Made by a program: the position numbers and the translations under genes. From positions 1-64,000 of IMG/VR virus record IMGVR_UViG_3300042934_000547: a stretch of 64,000 bases of DNA. The stretch is one strand, 5' to 3'. Shown one piece after another: positions 1 through 9,282 of the stretch. The DNA comes from a virus. Under the pieces are notes generated by a model, which was given only the letters and a program-made list of their open reading frames with translations, made no database searches and was not told the origin of the DNA. The first letter of the stretch is position 1; each line of letters opens with the position of its first letter.

Positions 1-1
1 A

Positions 2-1351
2 CGACTATATCACACTAATAAAGAAGTTCGTGAGCATATGTGTGGGTGTATTAACTATTTCGAAAAGTATTTTGATAAAGATAAAGAATTAATAATGGTT
101 TATTTCAATATCAAATTACTTATTGATAGAGTTAAAGAATATAGTTTAGAAGCACTAATGCAAGATATTGACAGGTATGTAGTTGTTGGATTAAGAAGAA
201 AGATTGATAATATGAATTGTTATAATTACATTATGGATTTATCTAATAAGAATAATGTGACTATAAATCCAAAACTACATTATTCTAACTCTCATGGTAG
301 AGCTATCATGAAAGCTAGTTTATTGATAAATATTGTCATTCCAATTGTTACACATTTTATTTACATCAATAAGCTTACTAACACTGATGAGATATTGATG
401 GCTGTGTATGAGGTTATCTTGAATAGAATAACCATCCAAGACGGAATTAATGTGCTTAACAAAATAAGAGAAACATCAAAACGAGCAGCAGGACAATCAT
501 TATCACAAAATCCAGATAACTGGAAGACACAAGCGATAATTGGTTATAATGTAAGTATGCACGTTGAGGCATCAGTAATCAATCTAATTGTGAATGTATT
601 CTGTAAATATAGGTATGATTCACATTTAGTACATTTAAACCATAAAGCACTAAGAGAACTTGGTGGATGGAAAGTTAACAAAGCACCATTTGATTACAAC
701 TTTACACCAATTAACTCATATAAATCCGATGATGGAAAGACAACTGAAGCAGATAAATATGAGGGTAAGCTGGTTAAAGAAGATGAATCGATATATATTC
801 AAACAGTAGTAAATGGTGACCAAGTAATCAAATATATTGAGAGTAAGTTTGGTCAAGTATCTGATGAGGAAGTGAATTATTACATTGAGAACATTGGAGA
901 AATAAATATCTTCCAGAAATCATTGGTAAGTTATTTATTCTATAAATATTTCGGAGACCCACAATCGGTCAAGTTATTAAGCAATATTAATATCATTAAA
1001 TTAATGGTATGTGGGAAACGAATGTTACTCCATTTAGGTTTAACAGTAATGCCTTATATAATTTCAGGTAAGATAATAAGATTTCCAAATGCAAAGAAAA
1101 ATATAAGCAAGAAAGAAACTGAAAATGTTTCAAGCTCAATATATTTCAAACAGATACAAGATACATATAAATCTAAGAAAATTGAAGAACAAATTATGGG
1201 TATATTTGCCACTATATTAACCGCTGATTTCACAATAATAGATTATGATAATCAAGAGTTAACTGGAACGACTTTACCTAATATAGAATTGGCAAAGTAT
1301 AAGATTTCAGATGAAATTATAACTGTAATAAACTTAATCAACATGCGATAG
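2..1351 (+). CDS. hypothetical protein (5' end outside window)
   Basis: The frame of track ORF 38..1351 stays open back to base 2 (RLYHTNKEVREH precedes the first Met). TAG stop at 1349-1351. No motif recognised. Confidence 0.6.
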   Translation, partial: RLYHTNKEVREHMCGCINYFEKYFDKDKELIMVYFNIKLLIDRVKEYSLEALMQDIDRYVVVGLRRKIDNMNCYNYIMDLSNKNNVTINPKLHYSNSHGRAIMKASLLINIVIPIVTHFIYINKLTNTDEILMAVYEVILNRITIQDGINVLNKIRETSKRAAGQSLSQNPDNWKTQAIIGYNVSMHVEASVINLIVNVFCKYRYDSHLVHLNHKALRELGGWKVNKAPFDYNFTPINSYKSDDGKTTEADKYEGKLVKEDESIYIQTVVNGDQVIKYIESKFGQVSDEEVNYYIENIGEINIFQKSLVSYLFYKYFGDPQSVKLLSNINIIKLMVCGKRMLLHLGLTVMPYIISGKIIRFPNAKKNISKKETENVSSSIYFKQIQDTYKSKKIEEQIMGIFATILTADFTIIDYDNQELTGTTLPNIELAKYKISDEIITVINLINMR

Positions 1352-1364
1352 GAGATGATATTCA

Positions 1365-2402
1365 ATGTTATCTCCTGATCGTCTAAGAGAAGTTCTTCAA
1401 ATGACATTTCCAGTCGCTCGTATTGGTTCTGGTGGAAAAAATGTTGTAGTTAGATGTATGTATTGCGGTGATGCAGTTAATCCTAACCATGCCCATTTGG
1501 GTATTAACTTAGGATATAATGAAACACCAGTTATGTTTAATTGTTTCAAATGCGGAGCTTCAGGATTAGTAAGTAGAGATGTATTGGTATCGTGGGGAGT
1601 TTATGACCCTGAAATATTATCAGAAGTCATATCCCATAATAAGATAACTTTATCATTAGCTCAAAATCTTAAGTATAGGAGTTATAAACGATTACTCAAA
1701 AATGAATTTATTAGAAATCATGAGATATCTAAGCGGAAATTAGAATATATAAATCAACGATTAGGAGTTGATTTAGGATTTTCTGATATGCCAGCTAATA
1801 AGATTATTCTAAATCTAAAAGATTTATTACAGAGTAATTATATTACAACCTTCACTCGACATGATAATATCATTGAGCAATTAGACCAGCATTTTGTTGG
1901 ATTTATTTCAAATGACAACTGTTATGTAAATTTAAGAAAGATTGATGATGAACCTGTTCACCGAAGTATTGATAATAGATATATTTTATATAATATATTC
2001 AATAACTTTGATAATACAGAAAAGTTTTACACAATACCAAGCAATGTGAATCTAGATGTTAACAAACCTGTGAGGATTAACATTTCTGAAGGAAGTTTTG
2101 ATATTCTATCAGTGATGTATAATCTCAATAGTAATGATAGAGCACAATCGATTAACTCTGCTATATGTGGGAGTAGTTTTTATACACTATTTAAATTATT
2201 CCAGTGTAGATATGGGTTTATCGATATCGAATTACATACGTATAGGGACAATGACGGTAAGAGTAGGGGATTAGATTACTTATATGAAAAACTTCTCCCT
2301 TTACAAATACCTTATTATGACCATGTGAATGTATGTAATAAAGAAAAAGACTTTGGAGTGCCAAGATACAGAATTGACGAAAAAATTACTCAACTTATAT
2401 AA
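1365..2402 (+). CDS. DNA primase (Zn-ribbon + TOPRIM)
   Basis: N-terminal CMYCGD...CFKCGASG (CxxC..CxxC zinc ribbon). TOPRIM-like ISEGSFDILS (E-G-x-x-D) and YRDNDGKS (DxD). AGGAG RBS upstream of ATG. Confidence 0.75.
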   Translation: MLSPDRLREVLQMTFPVARIGSGGKNVVVRCMYCGDAVNPNHAHLGINLGYNETPVMFNCFKCGASGLVSRDVLVSWGVYDPEILSEVISHNKITLSLAQNLKYRSYKRLLKNEFIRNHEISKRKLEYINQRLGVDLGFSDMPANKIILNLKDLLQSNYITTFTRHDNIIEQLDQHFVGFISNDNCYVNLRKIDDEPVHRSIDNRYILYNIFNNFDNTEKFYTIPSNVNLDVNKPVRINISEGSFDILSVMYNLNSNDRAQSINSAICGSSFYTLFKLFQCRYGFIDIELHTYRDNDGKSRGLDYLYEKLLPLQIPYYDHVNVCNKEKDFGVPRYRIDEKITQLI

Positions 2403-2403
2403 T

Positions 2404-2429
2404 AAGAGATATCTGCGTAGATATCTCTT
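2404..2429 (+). terminator. intrinsic terminator after primase
   Basis: AAGAGATATCT-gcgt-AGATATCTCTT perfect 11-bp stem followed by TATTTTTTC. Confidence 0.75.
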
Positions 2430-2458
2430 TATTTTTTCTTTAAAAAGGAGGGATATCT

Positions 2459-3676
2459 ATGGGCAAGTTAATAAATTCAACTGGTTATATTGATAGTATG
2501 AAAAACATAGTTGATGGTTATAATACTAGACTAGAAAATCCGTATTATAAATTTACAAGAGAAAAAGGTACAATAGTCACTTATTATCATATCGATAAAA
2601 ATGCTTCATCATTAGATGAAAATCTTAAAATACCTGATGATGATCTTGGAGAAAATTCACCATTAAGATATAATAAGATACTTGGGTATGTTCTACATGG
2701 ATTGGATGCTATTCAATTGCAATTAGAATATGATGAAACTGGACTAGTAACCGAAGCTATCCAAGGTTCATGTACTAAAGTTTTTTCAGATGGATTGGTT
2801 CCATATCCAAATGATTTTTTTAAGATAGATTATGTCCAAGGTAGTATACTATTTAGGATAATTTCAACAACTCCAGATACACTCGAAAATGGTGCTAATA
2901 TGTGGAGATTGGATTATGAATTATCTAAGACAACCGATGCAACTATTGAACTACAAACTATCAATACTTTTAACTTTGTATTCGAGAATGTTGGTACAGA
3001 GAGCAATCCATTTATAAGAGATGCTGATTATACAGTTATCGCTGACTTAGATAAACAGATAGACGATCTCTACGTTATTTATCGCAATCTCTTCTTTAAT
3101 GATAGGGTAGAATCATTCACTACTGATGATGGATTATATGATGAATATTTAATTGAGTTCATGATACGTAATGAGATTAGATTTGATAAACCATATCTAG
3201 CATTAGTTCAGCGTACTCTACCAGAAAGAAAGTTCAATTTAAATTACAATCGTTCAATTTTTAAATCATTAGAAGAACCTACTGGTAATTTATATAAGAC
3301 TATACGAGTTATCAAGAGTGAAATTAGGGACATCATGTCTATATTTACATCAAGACAAGAAATTTATTATAGAATGTTATATTCAGAACCTGAACCTAAA
3401 CTGCCGAATATGAACTATGAGTATTTAGAAGTTTTTGATGAAATATTCTATAATAATATAGAACAGCAAATATTCTATGCTCCTGATAGATTAGAGAATA
3501 TCATTATTAAATATTTTAATGATTTAGGTTTGACTCAAGCTGATCTACAACTCATTAAAAACACTGATTATTATGATGGAAATGTAAAAAATTATTATTT
3601 GATACCCATTATAATCTTCATTTTGACCAATTATGGTAAGAATTTGATGGGTAAAGAGATAGCTAAAATTACATAA
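2459..3676 (+). CDS. hypothetical protein (405 aa)
   Basis: Long ORF with AAGGAGGG RBS directly upstream. No recognisable motif. Confidence 0.7.
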   Translation: MGKLINSTGYIDSMKNIVDGYNTRLENPYYKFTREKGTIVTYYHIDKNASSLDENLKIPDDDLGENSPLRYNKILGYVLHGLDAIQLQLEYDETGLVTEAIQGSCTKVFSDGLVPYPNDFFKIDYVQGSILFRIISTTPDTLENGANMWRLDYELSKTTDATIELQTINTFNFVFENVGTESNPFIRDADYTVIADLDKQIDDLYVIYRNLFFNDRVESFTTDDGLYDEYLIEFMIRNEIRFDKPYLALVQRTLPERKFNLNYNRSIFKSLEEPTGNLYKTIRVIKSEIRDIMSIFTSRQEIYYRMLYSEPEPKLPNMNYEYLEVFDEIFYNNIEQQIFYAPDRLENIIIKYFNDLGLTQADLQLIKNTDYYDGNVKNYYLIPIIIFILTNYGKNLMGKEIAKIT

Positions 3677-3714
3677 ACCAAACATTGATATAATTAAATT
3701 AAGGAGGTATTTTT

Positions 3715-4023
3715 ATGATAACACCATATAACGATTTGAAACGTCAAACCCTTGAAGATATAGTTTCTGAAGATGAAAGCTATTTAGTGGATAAAGATAG
3801 GAAACCTATTACTGAAGGGAATAGTGAAGATAATAATATCGAAGATGAAAGCGATATTGATGATCTTACTGATGAAGAATTAGAGGAACTTTTATCTGAT
3901 AGCGGCGAAGAACCAGAATACGAAGATGACGATTGTGGTGATGACTGCGGCGATGATTGTGACGACGATGACGACTGTGGATATGTGTATCCAGATGATG
4001 ACTGCGACGGGGAGGACGATTAA
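3715..4023 (+). CDS. hyper-acidic protein with Asp-flanked Cys repeats (DDC-G-DDC-G-DDC...)
   Basis: AAGGAGG RBS. 102 aa. C-terminal EYEDDDCGDDCGDDCDDDDDCGYVYPDDDCDGEDD has 5 Cys, each preceded by Asp-Asp. Stop overlaps the next start (TAATG). Confidence 0.7.
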   Translation: MITPYNDLKRQTLEDIVSEDESYLVDKDRKPITEGNSEDNNIEDESDIDDLTDEELEELLSDSGEEPEYEDDDCGDDCGDDCDDDDDCGYVYPDDDCDGEDD

Positions 4024-5189
4024 TGAATAAGCTAGTAAATATTTTTAGTAGGACCTCAATGCCGTATTTCCAAAATAGAAGAGGTCATATTTTAAAACAA
4101 GAATGTAACGCTGGACAGATAAAAATGTCTATAACACAGGGGTATCGAGTAGAAGAAATTTTATCAAATGGAAATTTAATGCCATTGAACTTCTCGAATT
4201 ATACTACAGAGTTCAAAGATGAAACTGATAGAAGTATGCTACAGGAGATGTTTGATAGATTCTCAATAATGAATTTAGATTTATATACTGTAGCTTCGAG
4301 TGAACCTTTCAAATTTTACATGACTCAATCAAGAAAGCTTTTAAACCAAATGTTATTGACTCAATGGCAGGTTAATGATGCGGCTAAAAAGTTGGAAGAA
4401 GCTTGGAGTCTTTTAGCTGAAAAAGCTGATGCATCTGAGTTAATTGAATTAATTCAAACTATCAATACTGATAATTTGCTTTCATCTTGCAAAGCAGACA
4501 TTACTCGTGTTATTGATAAATTAAACAGTTGTATCGACAATGGAATATCAGAAACTGAAATTAGTGATGGTATTGTATTGATAAACGGTATAAAAGAAAA
4601 AATGAGCGAATTCATTAAGGGTAATCTTGATGAATTAACTACCATGATTAATACATTAAAAGAAGACGTTGCTGCTGAAAAATATAGTGAGCATTGCTTA
4701 CCTCGTATCAATGAAGTAATTGATGCTTATGATGAGCTTGGTAAGTATATAGAGGTTCCAGCGGTTCATGTTGATGGTATTACAGGAACAGCTAAGAATG
4801 TCATTTCGAATTTATTGACAAAAGCCACAGAGGAGACAGCTATAGCTAAATATGATGAATTACAAGAATATGAAGGCACTTCTGAATTAGTTGAAGAGTA
4901 TACAAATATATTCAAAACTGTAGAAGAATCTAAGTATCAAGAATTCATAACTAAAGTTAATAACTTTATTGAAGAAGCTAATTCAGGTGATCCGACTGAA
5001 CTACAAGCTGTTTTAACTGAAATATCCACATTGGAATTAGGTACTACTAAAAATGAGAAGAACCTAAAAAACAAAGTTAAAGAAGCTAATACGTTATTAG
5101 AAACTAATAAGTATGCTCAAACTGCTTTAGATCAATTAACTGTCGAACTGAGAAGTTTAATGGAAAAGATTGAGAGTGCTAAAAAGTAA
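4023..5189 (+). CDS. acidic coiled-coil protein (scaffold-like?)
   Basis: Translationally coupled to the upstream gene, with a GGGGAGGA RBS. Glu/Lys/Leu-rich helical composition. No catalytic motif. Confidence 0.65.
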   Translation: MNKLVNIFSRTSMPYFQNRRGHILKQECNAGQIKMSITQGYRVEEILSNGNLMPLNFSNYTTEFKDETDRSMLQEMFDRFSIMNLDLYTVASSEPFKFYMTQSRKLLNQMLLTQWQVNDAAKKLEEAWSLLAEKADASELIELIQTINTDNLLSSCKADITRVIDKLNSCIDNGISETEISDGIVLINGIKEKMSEFIKGNLDELTTMINTLKEDVAAEKYSEHCLPRINEVIDAYDELGKYIEVPAVHVDGITGTAKNVISNLLTKATEETAIAKYDELQEYEGTSELVEEYTNIFKTVEESKYQEFITKVNNFIEEANSGDPTELQAVLTEISTLELGTTKNEKNLKNKVKEANTLLETNKYAQTALDQLTVELRSLMEKIESAKK

Positions 5190-5321
5190 TAAAAAAAATA
5201 AAGAGTTGGGAGCTCCTTATTTTTCTCTTTCTCTTCTTCCGTTAATTTGTGCTAAATTATCTTCAAGTTCCTTTAGTGTGTGGTAAATGTATCCAATGAA
5301 AATGAAGATATTGTCCCAAAT

Positions 5322-5396
5322 CTAATCTTCATAATCTGTCTCGTCATACGATGGATCTAAATAGATATCATCATACTCTTCATAATCATTGTACAT
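5322..5396 (-). CDS. candidate 24-aa Tyr/Asp/Glu-rich micropeptide
   Basis: Not in the ORF track. GAGGAGGTGA RBS lies 6 nt before ATG. Sequence MYNDYEEYDDIYLDPSYDETDYED, then TAG. The promoter motif lies about 115 nt upstream. Confidence 0.3.
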   Translation of the reverse strand: MYNDYEEYDDIYLDPSYDETDYED

Positions 5397-5508
5397 TTAC
5401 TGTCACCTCCTCTGCTGTCAATCTAACCTGTTAGGGTAAATTGTGATTCGAAAGGAGATAAAGGGTATTTTAAGTGGGTTGTTGTTTAAATACCCTCAAA
5501 TATCCAGT

Positions 5509-5531
5509 TCATATATATATAATATACACTT
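5509..5531 (-). promoter_or_regulatory. phage promoter-like motif (copy 1, 2-nt longer spacer)
   Basis: Gene-strand AAGTGTATATTATATATATATGA. Member of the recurrent intergenic motif family. Confidence 0.45.
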
Positions 5532-5561
5532 AAAAAAGCTAAATTTTGCAGTAGAAATATT

Positions 5562-5585
5562 AGGGTAGGTTTATAAACCTACCCT
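5562..5585 (-). terminator. palindromic hairpin after RNAP beta-prime gene
   Basis: AGGGTAGGT-TTATAA-ACCTACCCT lies 12 nt past the stop of 5598..7172. The T-tract is weak. Confidence 0.5.
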
Positions 5586-5597
5586 AGTTTTATTATC

Positions 5598-7172
5598 TCA
5601 AAATTGCATAGGTTGTAACTTCTCACTTGTGTAGGTCAAAGCATATACAGCATGTATTGCTTCATCCTTAGCTTGCCTAGAGTTTGTTCCTGTTAATCCG
5701 ATTAGATATTTCTTACTATGAATGTATGAACGTATTTCTTCATTTGCCTCATCAGTATATACACCTTTTACAGTTACCTGATCACCGTCGTAATCTCCGC
5801 CAATTGGTATAAGATGAAGATTAGAGAACCGTAATGTATCAATAAACATATTTGATGTATTTGTTCCTATATCCTCTTCATTTATTATCGGATATCTACT
5901 AAACTTACCAAGTCTATCAACTATTATGGATTTCTCAGTATGTTTTGTTGAAGATATGGAAACCTTAGTTGCAAATTGTCCAAAATGTGATTCTATAGGA
6001 TAACGGGTAATCGTTATATGACGATTTTTGACAGATTCTGAACAAGCCATAAAAATTATATCAATCCATAATAATTTACGGCTAATTACTCTACCATCTT
6101 CAGTTTTATAACGGATTTTTGGATGTATAATCTTACCATCTTCAGTTTCCACTGATACTGGAACCAATCGATTAGCGAATCCTTTTATGAATCTATCAAG
6201 TTCTTGCTTTAGTATGTAATCTGTAAATTGCCCATCAATACTTTTTAACCGTACAGGTTCTCCATTATACATCGCTTTATTATCTTCAAAGAATCTTCGT
6301 ATAATGAGTTTCATATTAAAGATATTAAACGGATAAAAAGCAACTGCTGTGGCAGCTAAAGGTACCGATGCTGTATATAAATCACATTCTAAATCATCGA
6401 CAGATTCAACGTTTACATCAGGACAAGTGATAACCAATCTAACTGCATAATCTGTAGTTTTACTCATACCAGCTCTGGCAGTAATACCACCCTTTTTAGC
6501 TAAATTAGGTTCTCTTGTAAACCAATCATATATTGCAACTAATAACGATTGTGTTCGATAGACTGTTGCACCATTCATATCCATTCCATAATCTATTAAG
6601 TCGGAAAGTGAATTGGAACTTATGATTAGTTTTGAGTAGAGTTTATTTATCTCACCAACACCGAATTTTCCATCGGCAGTATTAGCATCTCTAAAACCAG
6701 CAGGAATTACTATCCATTTATCAATAACTGCCAATTTGTCTTTAATCATTTTTTCAACGAATTTAATATTGATATCTCTCTTATTAGAATCCGTTGATTT
6801 AAATTTTATTTTATCTAAATTCTTAATAAGCCATTTGATTCCTGTGTTACCATTCTCAGCAGCTACGATATGACCGTTTTCATCAATTTTAAATGAACCT
6901 TGCTCAGCAATTATTTCATTAATTCTTCTATCCATTCTAGTCATTATGATATAAACTAGTGGATGTATAAATTGAGCTTTAAGATCGATATAAGCATATC
7001 TGTTTTTTCTGTCATTTATCGTAATTCCGAATATATCATTAGATAATAATCCATTAGGTGTCGGCAGATTATCCCTAACAAAATATACAGGATCGTAAAC
7101 TTCTTTTAAATTATTTAGTTTAATGAACTTATTCGTATCAAGTAAATTAAGAACTAAATTCTTCTGATTCAT
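5598..7172 (-). CDS. multisubunit RNA polymerase beta-prime-like subunit, N-terminal half (split beta-prime)
   Basis: GGDYDGDQV (5778-5795 region) matches the universal NADFDGDQM Mg-binding loop. TDYAVRLVI resembles VDYSGRSVI, GLLSNDIFG resembles GLFcErIFGP, and VIPAGFRD resembles PV.PPdlRP. The protein ends about 59 aa after the catalytic loop. The likely start is ATG 7172 behind AGGTGA; the track GTG at 7181 lies inside the RBS. Confidence 0.85.
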   Translation of the reverse strand: MNQKNLVLNLLDTNKFIKLNNLKEVYDPVYFVRDNLPTPNGLLSNDIFGITINDRKNRYAYIDLKAQFIHPLVYIIMTRMDRRINEIIAEQGSFKIDENGHIVAAENGNTGIKWLIKNLDKIKFKSTDSNKRDINIKFVEKMIKDKLAVIDKWIVIPAGFRDANTADGKFGVGEINKLYSKLIISSNSLSDLIDYGMDMNGATVYRTQSLLVAIYDWFTREPNLAKKGGITARAGMSKTTDYAVRLVITCPDVNVESVDDLECDLYTASVPLAATAVAFYPFNIFNMKLIIRRFFEDNKAMYNGEPVRLKSIDGQFTDYILKQELDRFIKGFANRLVPVSVETEDGKIIHPKIRYKTEDGRVISRKLLWIDIIFMACSESVKNRHITITRYPIESHFGQFATKVSISSTKHTEKSIIVDRLGKFSRYPIINEEDIGTNTSNMFIDTLRFSNLHLIPIGGDYDGDQVTVKGVYTDEANEEIRSYIHSKKYLIGLTGTNSRQAKDEAIHAVYALTYTSEKLQPMQF

Positions 7173-7476
7173 ACGCTTCACCTACTTTTATAATAATTTT
7201 ATTATTATTATGTTGTTGGGACACGCAGATTGGGTATATTTTATTGTATTTACTGATGTATGTCATATTAGAAATAGCATTCCAAAATATATTACACTCT
7301 GATGGATTAATGATATTTATAATAAACTCAACATGATTATCATTTTCATTTACTATAACTGAATCCGCAGAGTATGTCATAATTGAATTTACAACCATTA
7401 TTGATTCAAAAGTTTTTAAAATTAATGCTATCAAATCATCAGTATGAATTTTATTAACAAAATTAATCACATCCAT
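7147..7476 (-). CDS. hypothetical protein (109 aa)
   Basis: ORF with AGAGAGG RBS. Its 3' end overlaps the beta-prime start by 26 nt. Confidence 0.55.
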   Translation of the reverse strand: MDVINFVNKIHTDDLIALILKTFESIMVVNSIMTYSADSVIVNENDNHVEFIINIINPSECNIFWNAISNMTYISKYNKIYPICVSQQHNNNKIIIKVGEAYESEEFSS

Positions 7477-7533
7477 ACAACCAAACCTCTCTTTTATACA
7501 TAATTAATCCACCATATGAAATGGAGAGAACTC

Positions 7534-7698
7534 TTACAAGTTCTCTCCAGTCATTGTTTCCTGTACTTCTTCAGCAGCTTCTCTATCTCTATTCACCGTA
7601 TCTTGGAGATATTCTTCTCTATTTTTAACTAAGTTGTATAATGTGATATAATCATACTCCATAGCCTCCTTCAGAGATGTACCTTTAAAATATGGCAT
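7534..7698 (-). CDS. candidate small protein (54 aa)
   Basis: Not in the track. MPYFKGTSLKEAMEYDYITLYNLVKNREEYLQDTVNRDREAAEEVQETMTGENL fills an otherwise empty gap. Its stop sits inside hairpin GGAGAGAAC..GTTCTCTCC (7523-7548). The SD is weak (AGGA). Confidence 0.4.
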   Translation of the reverse strand: MPYFKGTSLKEAMEYDYITLYNLVKNREEYLQDTVNRDREAAEEVQETMTGENL

Positions 7699-7718
7699 AA
7701 AGATCCTGATTAGGAACT

Positions 7719-9260
7719 TTAAGAATTGATCGTAGCCTCCATACGGTGTCTGTAAAAAACCGTACTACGCATACTCATTTCTTCCCCGATGATAGTTTTA
7801 CCGCATTTAGGACACTTTGTATCAAGATATTTATAAGTAACAACTTCTTCAGAATCATCACCAATTATTTTATCTAATACAGATAATCCCTGAGTATCAA
7901 GTGAACGCACGAACTCAGAATAGGCTTTAACTTTAGAAATGTAAGTAGCCTTATCATCCTTCTCATACTTCTTGTAGTCAAGAGGGATAAGTTTTTTGGA
8001 AGCTTTATCGATTTCGTACACATCTTCAAGGAATATTATATACTGGATAGTATCATTGTAATCCTCTTTGAATTTCTCATTACCGTAGAATAACTCTATC
8101 TGAGTTTCAAATAATGATGGTTGTTTGATTTTGATAGCATACTTAGAAGATACCTGTTTAATCTTGTATTCCATTGTTGCTGCATCAGACCATGTACCGT
8201 CGTATTCTTCTAATTTCTTAAAGAAAGCATCTTTAGCTTGAGTAGTTTTGAAAACTGGGATGTCTTCACTCTGTGATGCTTCAGCAAATTCATGCAAACA
8301 TTTCTCATCAGTACACTGTCTTAGTATTGGATTATCTCCCGGGAATGAACTAATATAAGTTAAATAGAATAAACTGTTTTCGTCAGTTGCTTTAATAGCA
8401 CGCATCCAGTCTTCAAATTTAGGTTTATTAGCCATTACACAGTGTTTGTATATTGCTTTAAACATTTTTAGATTAGTTGCGTTATTATTCTGCATTGATG
8501 AACGAGGGTTCAATAACTCTATCTCAACAGCTTTCATTCTATCCATAGTCATGCCGAATCCACTATTTGGTAAATACCAATCAGCAGCTACGCTTGTATC
8601 CATATCAGCCATACTGTTTATAGAATCATATATGCTCTTTGGTTTATCAACAATGGTAAATTCTGTTAAATCAAGTACTTCGCCACTGTTCTGAGAATAT
8701 CCTATTTTACGGAATACATCTTTCATTTCTTTCTTTAATCTATCGCCATCTGCCTCAGATACAACATCTTCGATTTCTTCGCTTAAATACTTGCTGATAT
8801 CGTCATCTGATGTTTTTTCTTCATTGTCATTTACTGGTAACGCAATAGGATTTTTATACACTGGTTTTTTACCTCTATTTCTTTGGTTATAGTTCGAAGG
8901 TCTATTACCTCGTACCGGTTCATCTTCTACTTCAAGATCTGGCGTTGAATCATTTATCAAAGATTCAGTGTCCTTGGCATCTTCAACATCAGCAGCCTCT
9001 TTTTGTTTTTGAGCAAAGTATTCAGCAGCCTCATTTTCTTTCTCTGCAAGTATATCTGCAATCTGTGATTTCTTGACATCTAAGTATGATGGTGCTATTA
9101 CTGCGTTAGGATCTTCCAACTCTTCTGGTTTGAGTTCTTCCCTTTGAGTTGTAACTGGTTTAATAGCATTAGGATTTTCCTTTGGTATAACTACTGATGG
9201 TACAGTTTTATTTTCATCATCACCATCGTGATTTCTTAATTCATCTAAAGATATTGACAT
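7719..9260 (-). CDS. hypothetical protein with acidic N-terminal region and C-terminal CPKCGK zinc-ribbon-like motif
   Basis: 513-aa ORF with GGAGGA RBS. It lies next to the gp25-like gene, so it may be a virion/baseplate component. Confidence 0.65.
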   Translation of the reverse strand: MSISLDELRNHDGDDENKTVPSVVIPKENPNAIKPVTTQREELKPEELEDPNAVIAPSYLDVKKSQIADILAEKENEAAEYFAQKQKEAADVEDAKDTESLINDSTPDLEVEDEPVRGNRPSNYNQRNRGKKPVYKNPIALPVNDNEEKTSDDDISKYLSEEIEDVVSEADGDRLKKEMKDVFRKIGYSQNSGEVLDLTEFTIVDKPKSIYDSINSMADMDTSVAADWYLPNSGFGMTMDRMKAVEIELLNPRSSMQNNNATNLKMFKAIYKHCVMANKPKFEDWMRAIKATDENSLFYLTYISSFPGDNPILRQCTDEKCLHEFAEASQSEDIPVFKTTQAKDAFFKKLEEYDGTWSDAATMEYKIKQVSSKYAIKIKQPSLFETQIELFYGNEKFKEDYNDTIQYIIFLEDVYEIDKASKKLIPLDYKKYEKDDKATYISKVKAYSEFVRSLDTQGLSVLDKIIGDDSEEVVTYKYLDTKCPKCGKTIIGEEMSMRSTVFYRHRMEATINS

Positions 9261-9282
9261 TTATATATCCTCCATTTTATTT

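Noticed and set aside
5204-5234. A possible bidirectional terminator after gene 4023-5189 (AAAGAG...GGAGCTCC...CTCTTT with flanking A/T runs).
   Set aside because: The central GGAGCTCC is a loop-less palindrome. The only foldable stem is 6 bp with a 19-nt loop, which is too weak to call.
5322-5324. The idea that TAG is reassigned to a sense codon genome-wide (alternative genetic code), prompted by the in-frame TAG in the micro-ORF.
   Set aside because: TAG clearly terminates well-defined genes here, each followed by an RBS or terminator: 1349-1351 before the primase RBS, 24014-24016, 38585-87 and 52240-52242. All long ORFs are intact under the standard code.
7523-7548. Hairpin GGAGAGAAC-tcttacaa-GTTCTCTCC as an intrinsic terminator.
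   Set aside because: Neither strand has a T-tract after the stem (ATTTCATATGG on the minus strand, AGTCATTG on the plus strand). It overlaps the stop of the candidate 54-aa ORF. I kept it only as supporting context, not as a terminator call.
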